From Lama glama (lineage: Eukaryota): a stretch of DNA of 64,000 nucleotides. The stretch lies in the NCBI GenBank assembly GCA_028534125.1, contig CM052816.1, positions 11,720,001 to 11,784,000 of the forward strand, read 5' to 3'. Shown piece by piece: positions 10,843 through 25,329 of the stretch (position 1 is its first letter; every line of letters begins with the position of its first letter). The position numbers and the translations under genes were made by a program. Under the pieces are notes generated by a model. The model had not been told where the DNA came from. It searched no databases and saw only the letters and a program-made list of their open reading frames with translations.

Positions 10843-12204
10843 CCTTGTAGTTTTCATGTGCATTTGCAAATTGAACAAGATTTCTCTTGACTTTTCTAAC
10901 TATAAATGATAAATAAAAATGTAAATTTTAGTTTAGCGTTTTTGTGTTTTACATGATTTTAGCAGGAATATTTATTCTCAGTAGTATTAGTACAGTTTTT
11001 AACTACTAAGCGAAGAATATTTGGATAGTTGTTTAGTTACAACAGTAGTGTTTACCACTCAAATTACTGATACAAGCTTTCATGTACTTTTCATTAAGTA
11101 CAACTTAATATATATGGCAACCCCAAGAGCAGATTATTTAAAATCATGTTAATATTCTTTTTAGAAAAAATAGGCATTTTATTTCTTTCATGCTAAGATT
11201 CAAGTCTTAGACAATGACTCTAGAACTGAAGACACCAATGGATAAGAATCATTAGCATGGGCCATTTTATTCAGTGCTGACTGGATTCAGTTTTGTCCCT
11301 CGGTTTGCCAGTTTCTTATTTCGATATATTTCTGATGTCATTAAAGTTTCTAAAAGTGACTGTGTCATTGTCTTTAAAGTTCTTTCTTTAGTGTGAGGAA
11401 GTTTGAATAGTCGAACACTTAAAAATAACTTCTGAAACAAGATTCTTGGGTCTCGTTTTTTGAGATTCTGATTTCATAGGTCCCGGTAAGTCCCAGACTT
11501 CATTTTCCCCCCTACTTTTCTACTTTGCTTATTATCTTGTAGCTACAAAGACACTCCTGTTGCTCCTCAATCATCAAAGTTGTTCCTATCTCGACGTCTT
11601 TTACCGAAAGCCGTGAAGTTACGTTGATGTCTTTCATCCCAGCTCATACCACAGGGTTCATTTGAATTCTTTCTCCTTTCCCGTGTTTGTGCTTTCCTTC
11701 TTCAACAGTGAGAAACTTGGCTTGCATTATCCTGAATGTATTTGGTTATTTGTTTAATCCCCTCCAATTGTATGCTAACTCCTTATCCCCATTGGTCTGC
11801 TGTCCCATTGGGATTCCCTCCTTGTACCATCCCAACTCTGCTGGGTTGCCCTCCCAGTGTCCTCCTGTGGTGGTGGAGTCTTTTGACTGCATTGGAAGAA
11901 GGGAAGGAAGAAAAAAAGGGAGAAAAAGATTTCATCTTTTAAAATGAGATGATAAAAATTATCTGCTTTCAGGATAGGCTTCAGGATTAAGCAATGAAGA
12001 GCTTTATACTTTTACTGTAAACTAGTAAAAGTATAATAATGGTTATTGGTACCCTAATGCTTAATATAATATTCATTGAATGAATATATAGACTGAAATT
12101 AATAATAAAATATTCCTCAACTTGAGTAGAGCCAAAAGCACTGGTCTGGTATCTATCCCTGAATGTACTGCCAGAATGCTAAGAATTTGAGAAAGTACTT
12201 GAGT

Positions 12205-13010
12205 TTTTTCACTTGCTCATTCAAAAAATACAATTTAAACACCTTTTATAGTCCTCTGGAATTATCCTAAGAGCTGAGGATTATAAGAATTAATAACATG
12301 GACTTGGTCCCTGCTACCGTAATGCTTGTGAGCTGGCTCAGAAGACAAATGCCTAAAAAGCAATTACAATACAGCAGGGCGTGTGCTTTGTTGCAGGTGT
12401 AGAGAGAGTTTTGAGAGCACATTATGGGGAATGCTGAACCACACTGAAGGAGTGGTCAGGAAGATGAAGATGTCCTGGAGGACATGACAACCTCTTGATG
12501 AGTAGGCATTAGCAAGGTGAGAAGGAGAGGGAAGAGTATTTTGGGCAGATGGAGCAGAATGTGGGAAGGTGAGAAAGAGCAAGTTATCTTTGAGGAATTA
12601 TCTGGAATTTGATGTGGTGGGTGCAAAAACAGTGGGAGGCATCGAAGAGATGTGGTTGGGGAAGTTACCAGAGGTTGCATAAGTCCGTTATGGGCCTTGG
12701 GCATTATTTAGAGCATGATGAAAAATTACTACAGAAGGTAACATGGGAGTGGTGCAGTTAGCCCTTGAGAAGCGTTGCTCTGGCTTCTTGGCTGAGGAGG
12801 GGGTACAGGTTAGAGCAGGAGGGAAAGTCTGGAGGCAGAGCAAGAGCTCAGATGCATCCAGTCATGCAGGGGAGAGTTGATGAAGATGGGGATGGATGGA
12901 AGTGCATATCAGTGAGACCTACTGAGAGGTGAACTCAACAGAAACGATGCTCAGGTCTCTGATGTTGGGAAATGGTCTTCCCTGAAATAGGGTGCGTGGA
13001 AAGATGAGTA
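12205..13010 (-). mobile_element. L2 LINE fragment
   Basis: CTCATTCAAAAAATAC..GCTGAGGAT..GTCCCTGC; GTGGTCAGGAAGATG; CTCTGGCT..CTGGAGGCAGAG. Confidence 0.75.
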
Positions 13011-15849
13011 GGTTGAGGTTGGTTGGGAGGATGAGGAAGAGTAGATGAGAAGCTTGTTCTCCCAGTTGTAAAATGAGACTGTTAGACTCTCAACAGTAGA
13101 ATTCTGTGATCATCTTGTTTGGTTTTTGATGTGATCAGAGAAAGCAATTTGAGAGCTGTGGAGGGATTCTCTAAATATGTCCCTTTTCCTCTTGCTATTT
13201 GGACATCTAACCAATCCTGCCTTTCATTACCAATTAAGCTCAGGGGACAGAAAGTGTTTGTATTGCTTGGCATTTAAATTGAACTGAGAGAAAGGGAGTG
13301 GGGAGCTGGCATAAGCTAGTAAATATGTTAGCTTTCATAAGCATGAAGTAACACAGAATTTATCATTCCACGTTTCACAACTTGGGTGATTTTAGATCTT
13401 CTGTGGCCAGGCTGACTTTATTGTCCTATAATTCTCAATTCTGTGCTTAGTATTTTCTCTTAGCTTGAGCAACTATCCCGATTGCTTATGACTTTGCAGT
13501 TGCTACAGGGAGTCGTTATACACAGATGGCTTTTAGGAGGGGAGTCAATTTGGTAGGCATTTTCCTTGATTATGATGCTTTCTCTCTGCACTGATTGTTA
13601 AAGATTCTTGCATGTCAAAAAATGGTGGAAATGCTTCCAGGGTCTCGAAAAAGGAAGGAATGTTGTGTTTGGCAGATGATCTGTGTGTGACTATCCTCTG
13701 ATGAAAAGGCTGCCTGGTTCCTTTAATTTATTCAGGTAAATTTTTATAAGCAGTGATAAAACCCAAACCAACAGGAGGCACCAAAGAGAAAAAACTGCGC
13801 AGAATTTGCACAGAGAGTGGATATTGATTTGAGCATATAATTACATCCACCTTGTTATATGGTTTCATTTTCATCTCCTGCAACCTTGCAAATAAGTACA
13901 AAAATCTTAACAGACAGACCGTGTACCCATTTTTTAAAGTTCATTCAGCTCTTCTTCCAGGAGAACCCAGATAGAAAAAGAAATAAATACTTTTTTATTT
14001 GAAACCAATTTTATTTCTTTTCTTATACTACTTTTAAATCAACTTTTTTATTTCTCAGTTGATGCAAGTTTATTATAGAGATACCAGAAAATAGAAGCCA
14101 ATGTTTTTCGCCTATGTTTGTCTCAGTCTGAGGAAAGGCCTGATCTATATGGATGACCTTTGAGGCCAGAGCTGCAGAAGATAAAAAGGGCACTGTTGAC
14201 TGTCCTGGTTGTTTTACATTCAGAGGTGTTTTTTTTGTTTTGTTTTGTTTTTGTTTTTTTTGATCTATAACAGAAAAGCCATATCAGTATCTCTGTGTGG
14301 ACTTTTTTCATGAGGATTAAGAAAACAAAGTTAGGTGATAATGGGTATCTTCTCCAGCTTTCTTACCAGCTGCATGAAGCTGACTTTGCTGCCAAATTTT
14401 GAGAACCCAAAGCAAAGCAAAGTATGTTATTGTTTGAAGGAATCTTCCACCTGCGGTCTAACATGGATGCTACCAATGACTGAGCATTGACTGTGTGTCA
14501 CACATTATGCTACGTATTTCACAGGTATTTTATTTTGTCCTCATGGAAAGGCCATTAGGTAGATACTACTCTTGAACAGAAGTGGAAATTCTGTTCCAGA
14601 GAGATACACTTCTTCCAGATCACACGGCTTGTCCTCTTCACCATGGGACCAAGTTGTTTCTCCTCTTCCCTCTCATTTGCTTTAATCTTCTCTCCATCCT
14701 GAGTGTGGGTCCATCTCCTCTAAATTAGAATAGGTATTTCTTCAGGTTTCCGTGAAAGCTAGCTGAGATGAAAAGGCGTCTGCTTCCTGAATACCTCAAT
14801 GTGGCCATTGGGAGATCCCGAGGTTGGGGGAATCATGGTGGCGTGGAAGGAGCTGGAACACTCTGTCTCTGCTCTCCCAGAGGCTGAGCCGTACTAGGGA
14901 TCCATCCGATTTGGAGGAGACCGTTCATTTTGGCTCTCTGGCCAGACCCTGTGATACGCTCTGATAACAAATCCTGTTACCGTTTGCTCTCCGGGGAAAT
15001 TGTACTTCAAGTGCACAGGTTTCCACACAACCCTTCTTCATTTCCTTCCTCACTCATCTCCATCTTGGAAGAGGACACATATACCCTTTCATCTCCACAT
15101 TGCTGTACACAGTGTCCTTCCCCCAAATCTTGTTTAAATCTCAGAGATCATACTCATAAAATCTCACCTATGTTTTAGTTTTGAGTTTTCTCTGATAACT
15201 CTTTTTTCTTGGATTGGTGAAAGATACTGAGTGTTAAAATCATTGTTTTCAGCCTGTTTTCTGTTTCCCAGTTAATTTCTTAGAGAAATCAATTTGTTTC
15301 TTCTGCACCTATGCTATTTCCTTGCTACCTTGCTATAACGTACACCAATTGTAGAATGCCTTGGAAAGTTGAAAGTATAATGGTAATCATATCATGCACT
15401 TATACCACATGCTTTTTATATTTTCTATTTTGTGAACCCCTTTTTAAAAAATCTGAAGAAATGCTATTCCCAATTTATATACAGGGAAGAAGAGGCTGAG
15501 TGAAATTGTCATACAGATGATCCTTTGTCCCCGTGTCTCCATCCATCTTTCACATTTCTCTTCTTATGGGTACACCTGCTATGTGGTTTTATGGGTATTT
15601 GTCTGGATGCTTTATCTTCCTCCATTACTTTAAAGCCCATCTGATCAGCTGACCTTCATTTTCTTCATCTGCAAATCAAGATACTGTCCCTTGCTCTACA
15701 TATCACTGATAGTTTGCTAATGAAAGAGACCTCAGTTATGGATGTGCTTTGCCACATGAGCCTTAGAGGTGTGAAATGTTAGTATATCGCTTTGTCCTCC
15801 TATGCCCTCTATTGTCCTTTAGAATATATAAGGTGATTTTTTTTTTTTC

Positions 15850-16030
15850 AGTCTCACAGCTTGCGGGAATCACTTGAGGGAACTGGTTAAACATAGATTC
15901 CTGGGCTCTGTCCCCAGAGGTCTGAATCAGTAAGTAGAGTGAGGCCCGGGAGTCTGCATATTTAACAAATATCACACACAGTTCTGGCCCAGGAGATCTG
16001 TGGAGCATACATATGTGGGGAAGCACTGCT
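15850..16030. mobile_element. MER5A-like hAT-Charlie MITE
   Basis: GAATCACTTGAGGGAACTGGTTAAACATAGATTCCTGGGCTC..GAGTCTGCATATTTAACAA..GGGAAGCACTG. Confidence 0.8.
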
Positions 16031-16289
16031 CCAAGGGGCCTTAGTTCTGTTTCACGGATGAGCAACTTCCCTTTTCTACGCGAATCTGGTGTGTTTTTAC
16101 TTCTCTGAGCACGAATGACCTTGAATGACTTTTAAGAAACTAGAGGACCACTGAGTGCATGTAATAGAAGTTATTTATCATGACATGAAAGTTTGTTCCC
16201 CTCCTCTAAAAACATCCAGTCATCTGGAGAAAGGTGCTTTCTGGGTGGAGAAACTGGGCAAGTGTGGAGTGGCTGCTGAAATTCAGAAG

Positions 16290-16430
16290 CAGTCTGCTGG
16301 AGCGCAAAAGAGCACATTGGACAGGCAGGTTCTAGTCTTGAATCCATTGCTAATGCTGGCTGTGTGGCCTTGGCCAAGGCCTCTTCCATCTCTGTGTTTA
16401 TTTTCGCATCTGTAGAGTGGGGTTAGATCA
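16290..16430 (+). mobile_element. MIR SINE
   Basis: GCTGTGTGGCCTTGGCCAAGGCCTCTTCCATCTCTGTG..TTTTCGCATCTGTAGAGTGGGG. Confidence 0.65.
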
Positions 16431-18719
16431 GCGTCTGTTAGACTCTGTCACCAACATAGAGCAGAGGTGTGTGTTCAGGTCCTCAGAGAGCTTTGACCAC
16501 AGCTGAAAGCTGTCCTCTAATGAATAACATTTCTTTGAAGTATTATGTCTTGCCTTGAAAAGTAAGGTGTTTTTTTTTTAAATTGCCTTTTATTCCATCA
16601 CATTTGCATCCTTCTTTCAGTGGAAAAGTAATGTTTAAAATTAAATACCATTGAGTAAAACGGAAACCCCCCCATGGATGGCTTCCCTTCCCGTGGCCTC
16701 ACATCTCAGAGGTTCCATACCCGAGTTTGAGGATAGACTGGATGATCCCAAAGATTCCTTCCCGTTCTCTCATTTTATGACCTAAGAAAGCTCTTCAGGT
16801 AAATCTGCCATTTCATGCACTGACCTCTGTCTCCAAATTGGATGTTCTCTGACGTCTAGGGAATAGGAAAGTGTTCTGAAGGAAAAAAATACTCACCTAA
16901 AAGGGGACTGTCATTTTGAACTAAACGATCCAGTGCTAAATTTATTGACCTGATTCACAAAGGATTTTGTGATTCTCTCCACTCTCTTTGAGCTCCGTAT
17001 GAATTCATTGGCCTCAGATTGAACTTGTACTTGCAAATAGTTTTCAGCATGTGGGTTTGAAGGAAAAAAATCCAGCTCGACACGAACACCCAGACTGGAA
17101 TTTCATGCAACTAAAGTTTGTTGAGGGCACTTTTCCCCCCTCATTAAATGTATTGATCTTTCTGTGTCTCAAATCACCTCTCTGTGAACTCGTCGGTCAC
17201 TAATGATTCCTCTAAATTGGACATGTCTTGACCTCTTTGCTCCTAGAGATGAAGATGATTTGACAAAAATACTAAGCAATATGAATTGTGTTATTTTCCC
17301 TAAGAAGATCTCACTAAGTTTTCAGTATACACCAGTGAACTTGAGATGAACTCTATTTAATCTTACGGGGAGCAGAAGAGGTTAAAAAAATGAAAAACAG
17401 CACAAAGGGACATATTTCATCTTCAAGAAGCCACCTGGTCCCTAAGAGGCATCTCCAATGGGTGGTAATTATCAGCAATGGTCCTCAGCCAGGTCTTGAT
17501 GAGACTCCAGTCTCTAGAAGGGACTCCACTGAACTAAATTCATGAGCAGCTGATATATAAGATAACAGAACCCAATTTATTAATTTATGTTGAGAAATGT
17601 ACTTTAGAAGGGGGCTAGTTATGTGTATTTTTTAATCAGTGCATTTGTACCTCACTACATAAATGTATACCAAGAAACCAAATTATTATCTGCAGTTTGC
17701 TTGGTGAGCTGGTGAGCGTAGGGTTAGAGCAAGAAATTAATTTGGATGATCTTGCTGCTAAGGTAGGAGAGTATGATGCGTCCATCTCTACCACAGGCAG
17801 GTAGTGAGGTAGCTCCATGGACTTCATTGGGTCCATACTGTAGTGGCAATGGGCGTGACTGGCACACAGGCTGCCTGGAATCAGAATCTCACTCTGCAAC
17901 GTTCTAGCACGATTTTAGAGACCTTTCTTACACTCTGATCCTCACCTTCCTCTTCTGTAAAATTCTGCTTTAACTCATTCTATTCTTTTTTGTACATTTT
18001 AATTTGTAGTAGAAAACCCAGTCTTTCTTATTTCCTGATTTGGGGAGTACAGCTTGGTGTCACCATCCTGTCACCACTCAAACTTCAAATTGAAATTTCA
18101 CTGCCCTTCCTAGTCTAAGAAAGAAAGATTGCCTGAAAGGAAATTCTGATCTCATAAAAGAACCCAATGACCAACTTCATGAACTGTTTGACTTTCTGGG
18201 AGAAGAGTGAAACCTTAGTGCCCCATTTCTTCCTAGACGGCCTCCAAATGTGACAATTACTGACAGTCAAGGTTTCGTAGAGAGAGGTTGTTGGAAGGGA
18301 AAAAGAACACCAATTTCAACTTGGTAACTGTTCTCAAGAACTCATCAATCTCTCCATGTTCCCGTGGATGCTACATGAAACTACTGGCACTCTAAATTGG
18401 AATTTTACTGGCTAGCGTTCTTTTGGAGAGAAAGGTTGAGAAGGAGATAAAAGTTTCAGTTCCCTCTGGTTATCATAGTGAATCACTGAAATTTGAATAT
18501 GGCAGTGACAATCATTGACAAGGAGATAAACAAACCTCCCTAAACACTCAGGAATCATAGAAAGATCTGCTTGTCAGAAATTATACCAAAGGGATAAAAA
18601 GCCACAATGGAAATTCCATGAAAAGTATCTAAATTGATTAATTTCTCTTAGGCTCAGACAGAAAACAATAAAACTTAGGAAAAAAGAAACATTATTAAAA
18701 TAAATGCCCTCATTTTCTC

Positions 18720-19350
18720 CATGCATTCAACAGACATGTATGGAATATAGTTGACCCATAAACAACGTAAGTTTGAACTGAGGGTCCACCTACATGTGGA
18801 TTTTTTTTTCTCGAAATACGTACTACAGTACTACACAGTCCATGGTTGGCCAGATCCGTGGGTGAGGGACAGTGGATATGGGGGGCTGACTCCTAAGTTA
18901 CACTGGGGTTTTTCACCTGCTCGGGGTTTGGCACCTCTCACCCTGCTGTATTATTCAAGGGTCAGCTGGAGTTAAGTGACTGCACTGTGGTCGTCACTGC
19001 AGATAACAGTGGTGAGGAAAAAATGGGCTTGTCCTCATGGAGAGTACAGCCTAAGGGAAGTTAGTTTTCAAGTGATCCTGTGGGCAAACATGAAATTTCA
19101 AATGGGATACATGCTACGAGAGTGGCAGCTGTGATGTGAGGCGAACGTGGAGGAGGACTATTTGACTTGGAGAGGAAGATCGAGGAACACGCTCTCCAAG
19201 GAAGTGACACAGGAGCTGAGATGTGAAACGTGAATAGCGGGGGACTGAGTGAGAGCAGGAAGAGAAAGTTAACCGCTTGTGCAGGGTCCACGTGGCAGGA
19301 AAGATGAAGTGAGTTCAGGCGACTAAAAGCAGGTGAGTAGGACTGAGGTT
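18720..19350 (-). mobile_element. L2 3' end interrupted by a Tigger2-type MITE
   Basis: CATTCAACAGACATGTAT..TGTCCTCATGGAGAGTACAGCCTA..GGAAGTGACACAGGAGCTGAGATGTGAA. Confidence 0.75.
18748..18968. mobile_element. Tigger2-derived non-autonomous DNA transposon (TcMar-Tigger MITE)
   Basis: Terminal inverted repeats TAGTTGACCCATAAACAAC ... TATTATTCAAGGGTCAGCTG, TA on the left flank, internal GTTTGAACTGAGGGTCCACCTACATGTGGATTTTT. Confidence 0.85.
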
Positions 19351-19519
19351 TGAGACCTTAGTACCTAATCTGAAAAGAATTTTGTACCACCGACACAGGG
19401 ATCACAGAAAGGTTCCTCCACAGAGACATACCATGTGCAAAGGAGAAAGAAAGCAAGAAAGCAAGAGAACTTGCAGTGTATATTTACCATTTCTACAATA
19501 AGAGTTTTTACTGGAAGAA

Positions 19520-19900
19520 AAAAAATTTTTTACATGCTTGTTGAATAATTAGAAATAGAGAAAAGTAGAAAGAAAGAAAAAATGAAGCATAATTTCATTA
19601 CCCCACGGCAACTGCTTTTTAACATTTGGGTTTATTTCTTTGTACTTTTTTTTCGTGTAATACTAACATTTTTCATAGTTGTGAACAAACCTTATAGATA
19701 ATATGGTAAAATGTTCTTTCACTTAACAGTATACATTCTCCCATGTTATTAAAAATTTTCTACAAACATAATAATAAATGCACACAAAACCACAGAGTGT
19801 GTTTATTAAAATTAACCATATTACGATTATGAGGTATTTATTACTTGGTAGAGATCCAGTATTATAAACATTTTTGTGCACATAATTATGATTCAACAAA
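19520..19900 (-). mobile_element. Ancient L1ME-like 3' end
   Basis: AGAAATAGAGAAAAGTAGAAAGAAAG..AACTGCTTTTAACATTTGGG..TTTCACTTAACAGTATA. Confidence 0.55.
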
Positions 19901-20066
19901 TATTTATTCATGCTTTGTTACACTGTGAGTATCTGCATCAGACATAACGCTTTTCCTGTACATTAGAGTATGTTCTTTTTAATCCAAGAAAGGGGAGGAG
20001 GAAAAAGAGGTAGAGGAGCAAGAAAGACAGGTAGGGTGGAGTAGGAGGAAGCATACTAAATTGGTC

Positions 20067-20235
20067 CAGTGGTTCTCAAATTTCAGTGTGCGTAATCGAT
20101 CAACTGGGGTGCTTATAAAGTACAGATTCTTGACTCCAGTTTCAGATGCTGATGTAATAAGTCTGGCTGGTTTTTAAACAGACTCATGGATGTTTCTGAC
20201 ATGAGTGTTTTGTGGCATATACCTGGGGAAAACTC
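20067..20235. mobile_element. MER5A-like hAT-Charlie MITE
   Basis: Starts CAGTGGTTCTCAAATTTCAGTGTGCGTA; GGGTGCTTATAAAGTACAGATTCTTG. Confidence 0.8.
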
Positions 20236-21171
20236 GTCATGGTTGGTTCAGATAATAATGCGCTGGTCGTCTTTGGTTGTGCGAGCATCCTCAACGTGAA
20301 ACTGATTATTAGGGACTGGTCATGAGTGATCTATAACCAGCTCAGCCTGGCTCTGTTTACTGCTAAGACCTCACCCATTCAAAAACACTGCTGTCTTTAT
20401 GCTGAAGGCAAAGTGCTATTCTCTGGTTGAAAAATAGCTTCTCTTTTAGGTGGGAGAGAAGCAAATATCAAGGGGTTTGAAGAACCGCATTAGAGTCAGG
20501 CAGCCCTGCTCCAGTGGAGAAAGGATTGCAGAAAGCCCCCTCTCTTTTTGGAAGGAGGTAGTTTGGCGTGGTTGTCCTTTTATCTCTGGGGACGACTGCT
20601 TACTCTGGCTGTCTCCAGTTTTCTTCTTCCATTGCTTCTGCCCCTGTGGGGAGCTCAGAGTTCAGCTCTTCCGGTTCCTGCAGGTAAAGTTGCTGTTTGG
20701 CTCCCTGGAGTCCTCTTACGTGATTGGTCAAGATGATTTGTGGTAATGCTGTCACGGATACTGAGTTACGCAGTCAGGCTTTCTGCTGATGGAGTATGTG
20801 CTTTTGAGCAGGAAATGGCCTTTATAAATCTTTTCTTTAACAAGGGCTTCAAAGATTTGCTTCATTCATTGAAGCTCATAACTGTGTCCTCCTATCAATA
20901 AACTTTGCACGGGAAAGATTGGTTGCTTGAAGGGCTCCTCTGTCTTTGGATGCCACTGAGCACAGGACAGTCCATCCATCCAGGCAAGGAGGGTTTCATA
21001 TTTCTCCAGGTCACTCCATGAATTATAAGCAAGGATAAATGAAAGTAGGAATAATCCAACACCAATTATTTCTGGAATTAAAAAATTCTCATGAATGCTG
21101 GCAGACAGGATAACATGCACCACTAGACAGCCTCTCTGGTACTCCAGGCATTTAATAGCTGAATGCTTTAC

Positions 21172-21380
21172 GCTAGTGCTACACAATAAGACCATCTATG
21201 ATAACGGACATGTTCTGTAATCTGTCCTGCCCCGTGCCCAACATAGTCACTTGCCACATGTGGCAACTGAGCAGTTGAGTGACTAAGCTGTATGACTTAG
21301 AAATGAAATTTAATTTAATTTCAGTAAGTTTAAAATTAAACAGCTACGTGTTGTCAGCAACTCCTGTATTGGGCAGTGCA
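21172..21380. mobile_element. MER3-like hAT-Charlie MITE
   Basis: AGTGCTACACAATAAGACCATCTATGATAACGGACATGTTCT..GCCACATGTGGCAACTGAGCA..GTATTGGGCAGTGCA. Confidence 0.8.
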
Positions 21381-23544
21381 CCTTTAAACTATTCAGTGGT
21401 GCGTTTCTCACAGCTTTGCATTTAATTAGAGAAAAGATCAACCAGATCGAGTTTTTAGGATAAATGCAGTTTATTTATTGTATCTGTAACTCTCCTCTCC
21501 TCTAATCATGCCTCCAAAACTTGAAGAAACTATCATAGTTGCAATTGGATGGTTATAAGTCCAAGAGCTGGTTTTAAATCATTCTTTATTTTTCCATTTA
21601 ATAACCCATTAATCTATGGAGTCCACACACCTTGGTTTTCTCTCTTCCTTACTCCTGCCCTAAGCTCCCTTCCGAACTTTTTGCCTCTCTGTTCCTCTAG
21701 GATCAAAACATATTATTGAGTGCAGCATCACAAAACCGTATGGATGGTCTCATTCCATTTTTTTTTAAGTAAAAACTATGCACAGAAAATTTTTTTATTT
21801 TCTTAAAACTGGACCAGTAGTTATCTCTAAAAAGATGGGATTGCTGTTGTTTTTTCATTTTCTTTTTTTAACTTCTCTTTTTAAAATCAGTTTTCTACAG
21901 TATGTAGTACTTGTCTTATTTCACAATTAAAAAAAATTTAAAGTAAAACTTAAAAATTTTTAAATTGTCTCCTGCACAGCAAGGTTCTTAGAACTTCCAC
22001 TTTCTCCCTTTTTGCTGAGGCTTCCTGTAACTATTCTCAGGAGTCCTCCAGGAACTCAAGTGTTCATGAAGTAGGAACCAGAAGGAACTAGAAAAGAGAT
22101 ACTGTCTTAAATTTTCTCTTATTCATCCTTCGAGTCACTTTGTTATCTTTTAGGCCTTGAAAAAAATAGATGACCTTATTTTCCTGTGGGAATTAAAGTA
22201 GGTATTTTGTTACAGCCTGTAAGGGGCCAGGTCCTAGTTAAAATGCCTTGAACTCCCCAGAAAGAGCTTGTTCCCCATGGACTCCAAGACACAGGGCACT
22301 GTATTTTTTTCCTCTCTTTCCTAAACTTTTAATGACTCAGAACACAAACCCCAGCTTTCCCTGCCCCCACACGTGAAATTAACAAGAGTGCCTTCACAGA
22401 CAACAGTGGGCCCCTTAGAACATTTTGCAAAATCATAAAGAAATAAACACCCTCACTCACCAGTGCCAGCCACTATCACTGAGGTTGAGAATTCTTGGCA
22501 GCTGCATCTCAAACTCATTGGGTCCATAAAATGATTTACCGTCCTGTTGTATACCAATGAGCAAAATCACATGCTTAATTTTAGATTCTCTAGCAGTGAT
22601 CATTTCTATTCCAGTTCCCCTGCTCATAATTTAAAATGGAGAAGGCTTATCTGCATTCATTTCTTAGATCATTGCTTTGGCACTTTCAAGATGTTATCCA
22701 AGCATGTCTTTTATAACCTTGTGGAAATTGCCGTGATAAAGGATGCATCAGCAATTTTCAAACCCATTTCTTTTTGTGGCGCCATCCCTCAGCCTCCCTT
22801 AACAGAGCAGTAGAGAGAACCACAGGTCTTTTTTTATGTCCTCATTTTTAAAGAGTTTTGTTTTGGTCAATGAGACATACACTGTAGAAACAAGGCCAAC
22901 ACAAACTTTGTGGTGGTTTGTTTTTTTTTTTCACTGCACATCTAACTAACCTTGATTAGATGTAAGGCAAGGGACTGGGCTGCTGTCTTAGCTCCTAAAA
23001 TTGGTTTCAGAGGAATTGGTTGTAATGGAAATGTCAAGCCCTTTAAATATCAAACCTTTAAATACCATGAAGGCATATGGAAGTGAACATAACTCTGCCC
23101 ATTCTTAGATTCTGCTATGTCACATGTCAGGACTAAAGCAATGAAATAAACTCTTGTTCTGGAAGAAGTGACTGAAACAATTGCATATGATGAATGGACG
23201 AGGCCAGTTGGTTCATCTTTAGAGTAAATCTTTTCTATGAAAGTCAGAGCCAAAATGAGATCTGTAGAACATTGGTGGCTCTGAAATTAGGCACATGCCT
23301 CATTGTTCCTTCCACCCCACTTCTTCTCATGCCCCGGAGGACTTTTCCTTGAAATTAAACAATTGCGAGAACAGCTCTTTGCAAATGAGTTCAGGAAACT
23401 TACCCTTTGACACATAAGAATAATTAAAAAAAAAACTCCTTATATTGGAGAGAGCAATAAAATCTGTTCTGTGCCTAATATATATTAAATACATAAATCA
23501 ATATTTATTGAGTTGAATTGAGTCCTGCTGATGACTGGAGACTG

Positions 23545-23720
23545 CATTAGGCTTGGAAGACATGGACTGGAGTCTCACTGTATTCTTAACTAGCAGTGTG
23601 ACCCTGGGCAGGTCACTTAAACTCTGGGCTGTGGAAAAATAATGATTAAAAATATCTACTATGTATGGGTAGGGGGTGTCTAAGGACATGATCACCAAAA
23701 CTTCTTTGAAAGTATACGGT
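23545..23720 (+). mobile_element. MIR SINE
   Basis: ACTAGCAGTGTGACCCTGGGCAGGTCACTTAAACTCT core. Confidence 0.7.
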
Positions 23721-25329
23721 GAGAGTAAAACAGGTGAAATTGGTGTGCAGAGAGAGCCATTTAAATGAAGAGCAAAGTGAATTTTAACAAGTTCAAGTAT
23801 GATCGGTCAATTGCATTTAAAGGAGATACACAGAGGGGAATGGCACATATGTCTGTATTAGAAATAAAGCCTCTTCTGGGAGTCCTGAAGCTGTGCATGG
23901 TCTATAATTCTGTGCAGTGGCTGAGATGAACTTGCTAAGTGCTGCCCAGAGAAAAGGTCTTTATGTCAAAGGAGGTCTGAAAACTCTTGTCAGACAAATA
24001 ATATCTTAGAAAAATATCAAATATTAGTCTTGGATCAGGGAAATAGCAAAATACTGATGGAATGACATTTCTTACTGGAAGAAAGTCTTTTAAAGTCACC
24101 TCACAGAATGAGCTGGCTCCAGTTACAGGCTGGAGATATTTTATCACACGGCAGAGACTTTTTCTGTAGTTAAAATTATAGGGCGTGGGATGTTCACCCA
24201 CTTGCGCAGTACAGTCAGTTTGGTCTTCTCAACTCTTTCACACACACACAAAAAAGAAATGAACATTTACCGGCAGCTTCCATGATGGGCCAGCTATATT
24301 GCATTTATTTTCTTGTTTAATTGAAATAGGTTGGTTGGATTAATTATCTGTCCCATTCTGCAAATGAGAACATCAGGACTCAGGTTTAGTAGTTTGCTGG
24401 TGAGGAGGCAGCTGGGTTCAGAGGGCCTAACTCCACGGTGCACTTCCCAGTGCACCCAAACTGAGCTCTACTGAAAGGCTCTGCAATCAAATAATTTGGG
24501 TACATACTGCATGCTTGAGTTGCTTCTTAGAGATTTGCGATACCAATTAACAGGTGAAAGTCTCAGCAAAGTCATATGGTTAAGAGATTCTTAAAAATGG
24601 ATTTGCTTAGCTTTTCCTCTCCTGTTCATACTCATAAAACATCCATTTTTTGTGTTTCTTGAGAAACACATTAACACTTGAACACATTTGAAGAACCAAA
24701 TACTTATACATTATAGAACACAGTTTGAGAAATGCTTGCCTCTTTCTATCTTGAATATAAGCTTGTTTAGTGAAAAAAGTCTTATCATCCAACGATAACA
24801 GTGGATGAATCAAAGAGCCTAAATTGGGTTCCTTTGTTTTCTTTTATAACTATATACTTTTGTTTATGACTATTGACTTTACCATTTCCTTTTACTATAA
24901 TAACTACTCTTAAATATTTAAAAAATTAGAATAAAATAGAAATAAAAAATTAGAGTCCATATTCCCACCCAATTTAGAATCCCCTCCATCAGGGGATCTA
25001 TCAGCTGATGCATGGATACATCTATGACTGATGAGCTCATTGGTTGACAGCCTTGACAAGGCAATCTGAGTAGCTTTTTTTGTGAATCTAAAGCCTGCAA
25101 ATGGGAAGAGAAACATTCAATCAGTTGGTCATCTGGCTGCTGCTTGCTTTGAGTAGCAAAAGACAGCTTAGGTATTTTCCAATATACAAATATTTGGAAT
25201 CTTAAATGCAAAAATCCAGGAGGCATGATTGATTGAATCTGCCACTCCTTTCATCTGGCTGTGTTTTTGATTATATGTAGCTTGAGCAAATGTATACTAG
25301 AAAGAGAATATAGTTTTCAAGAGGAAAAT

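Noticed and set aside
10900..11400. AT-rich stretch possibly derived from a DNA transposon interior
   Set aside because: No termini or convincing transposase motifs could be confirmed by eye.
20051..20064. GCATACTAAATTGG resembling the U6 5' region
   Set aside because: Too short and gapped, with no TSD or tail.
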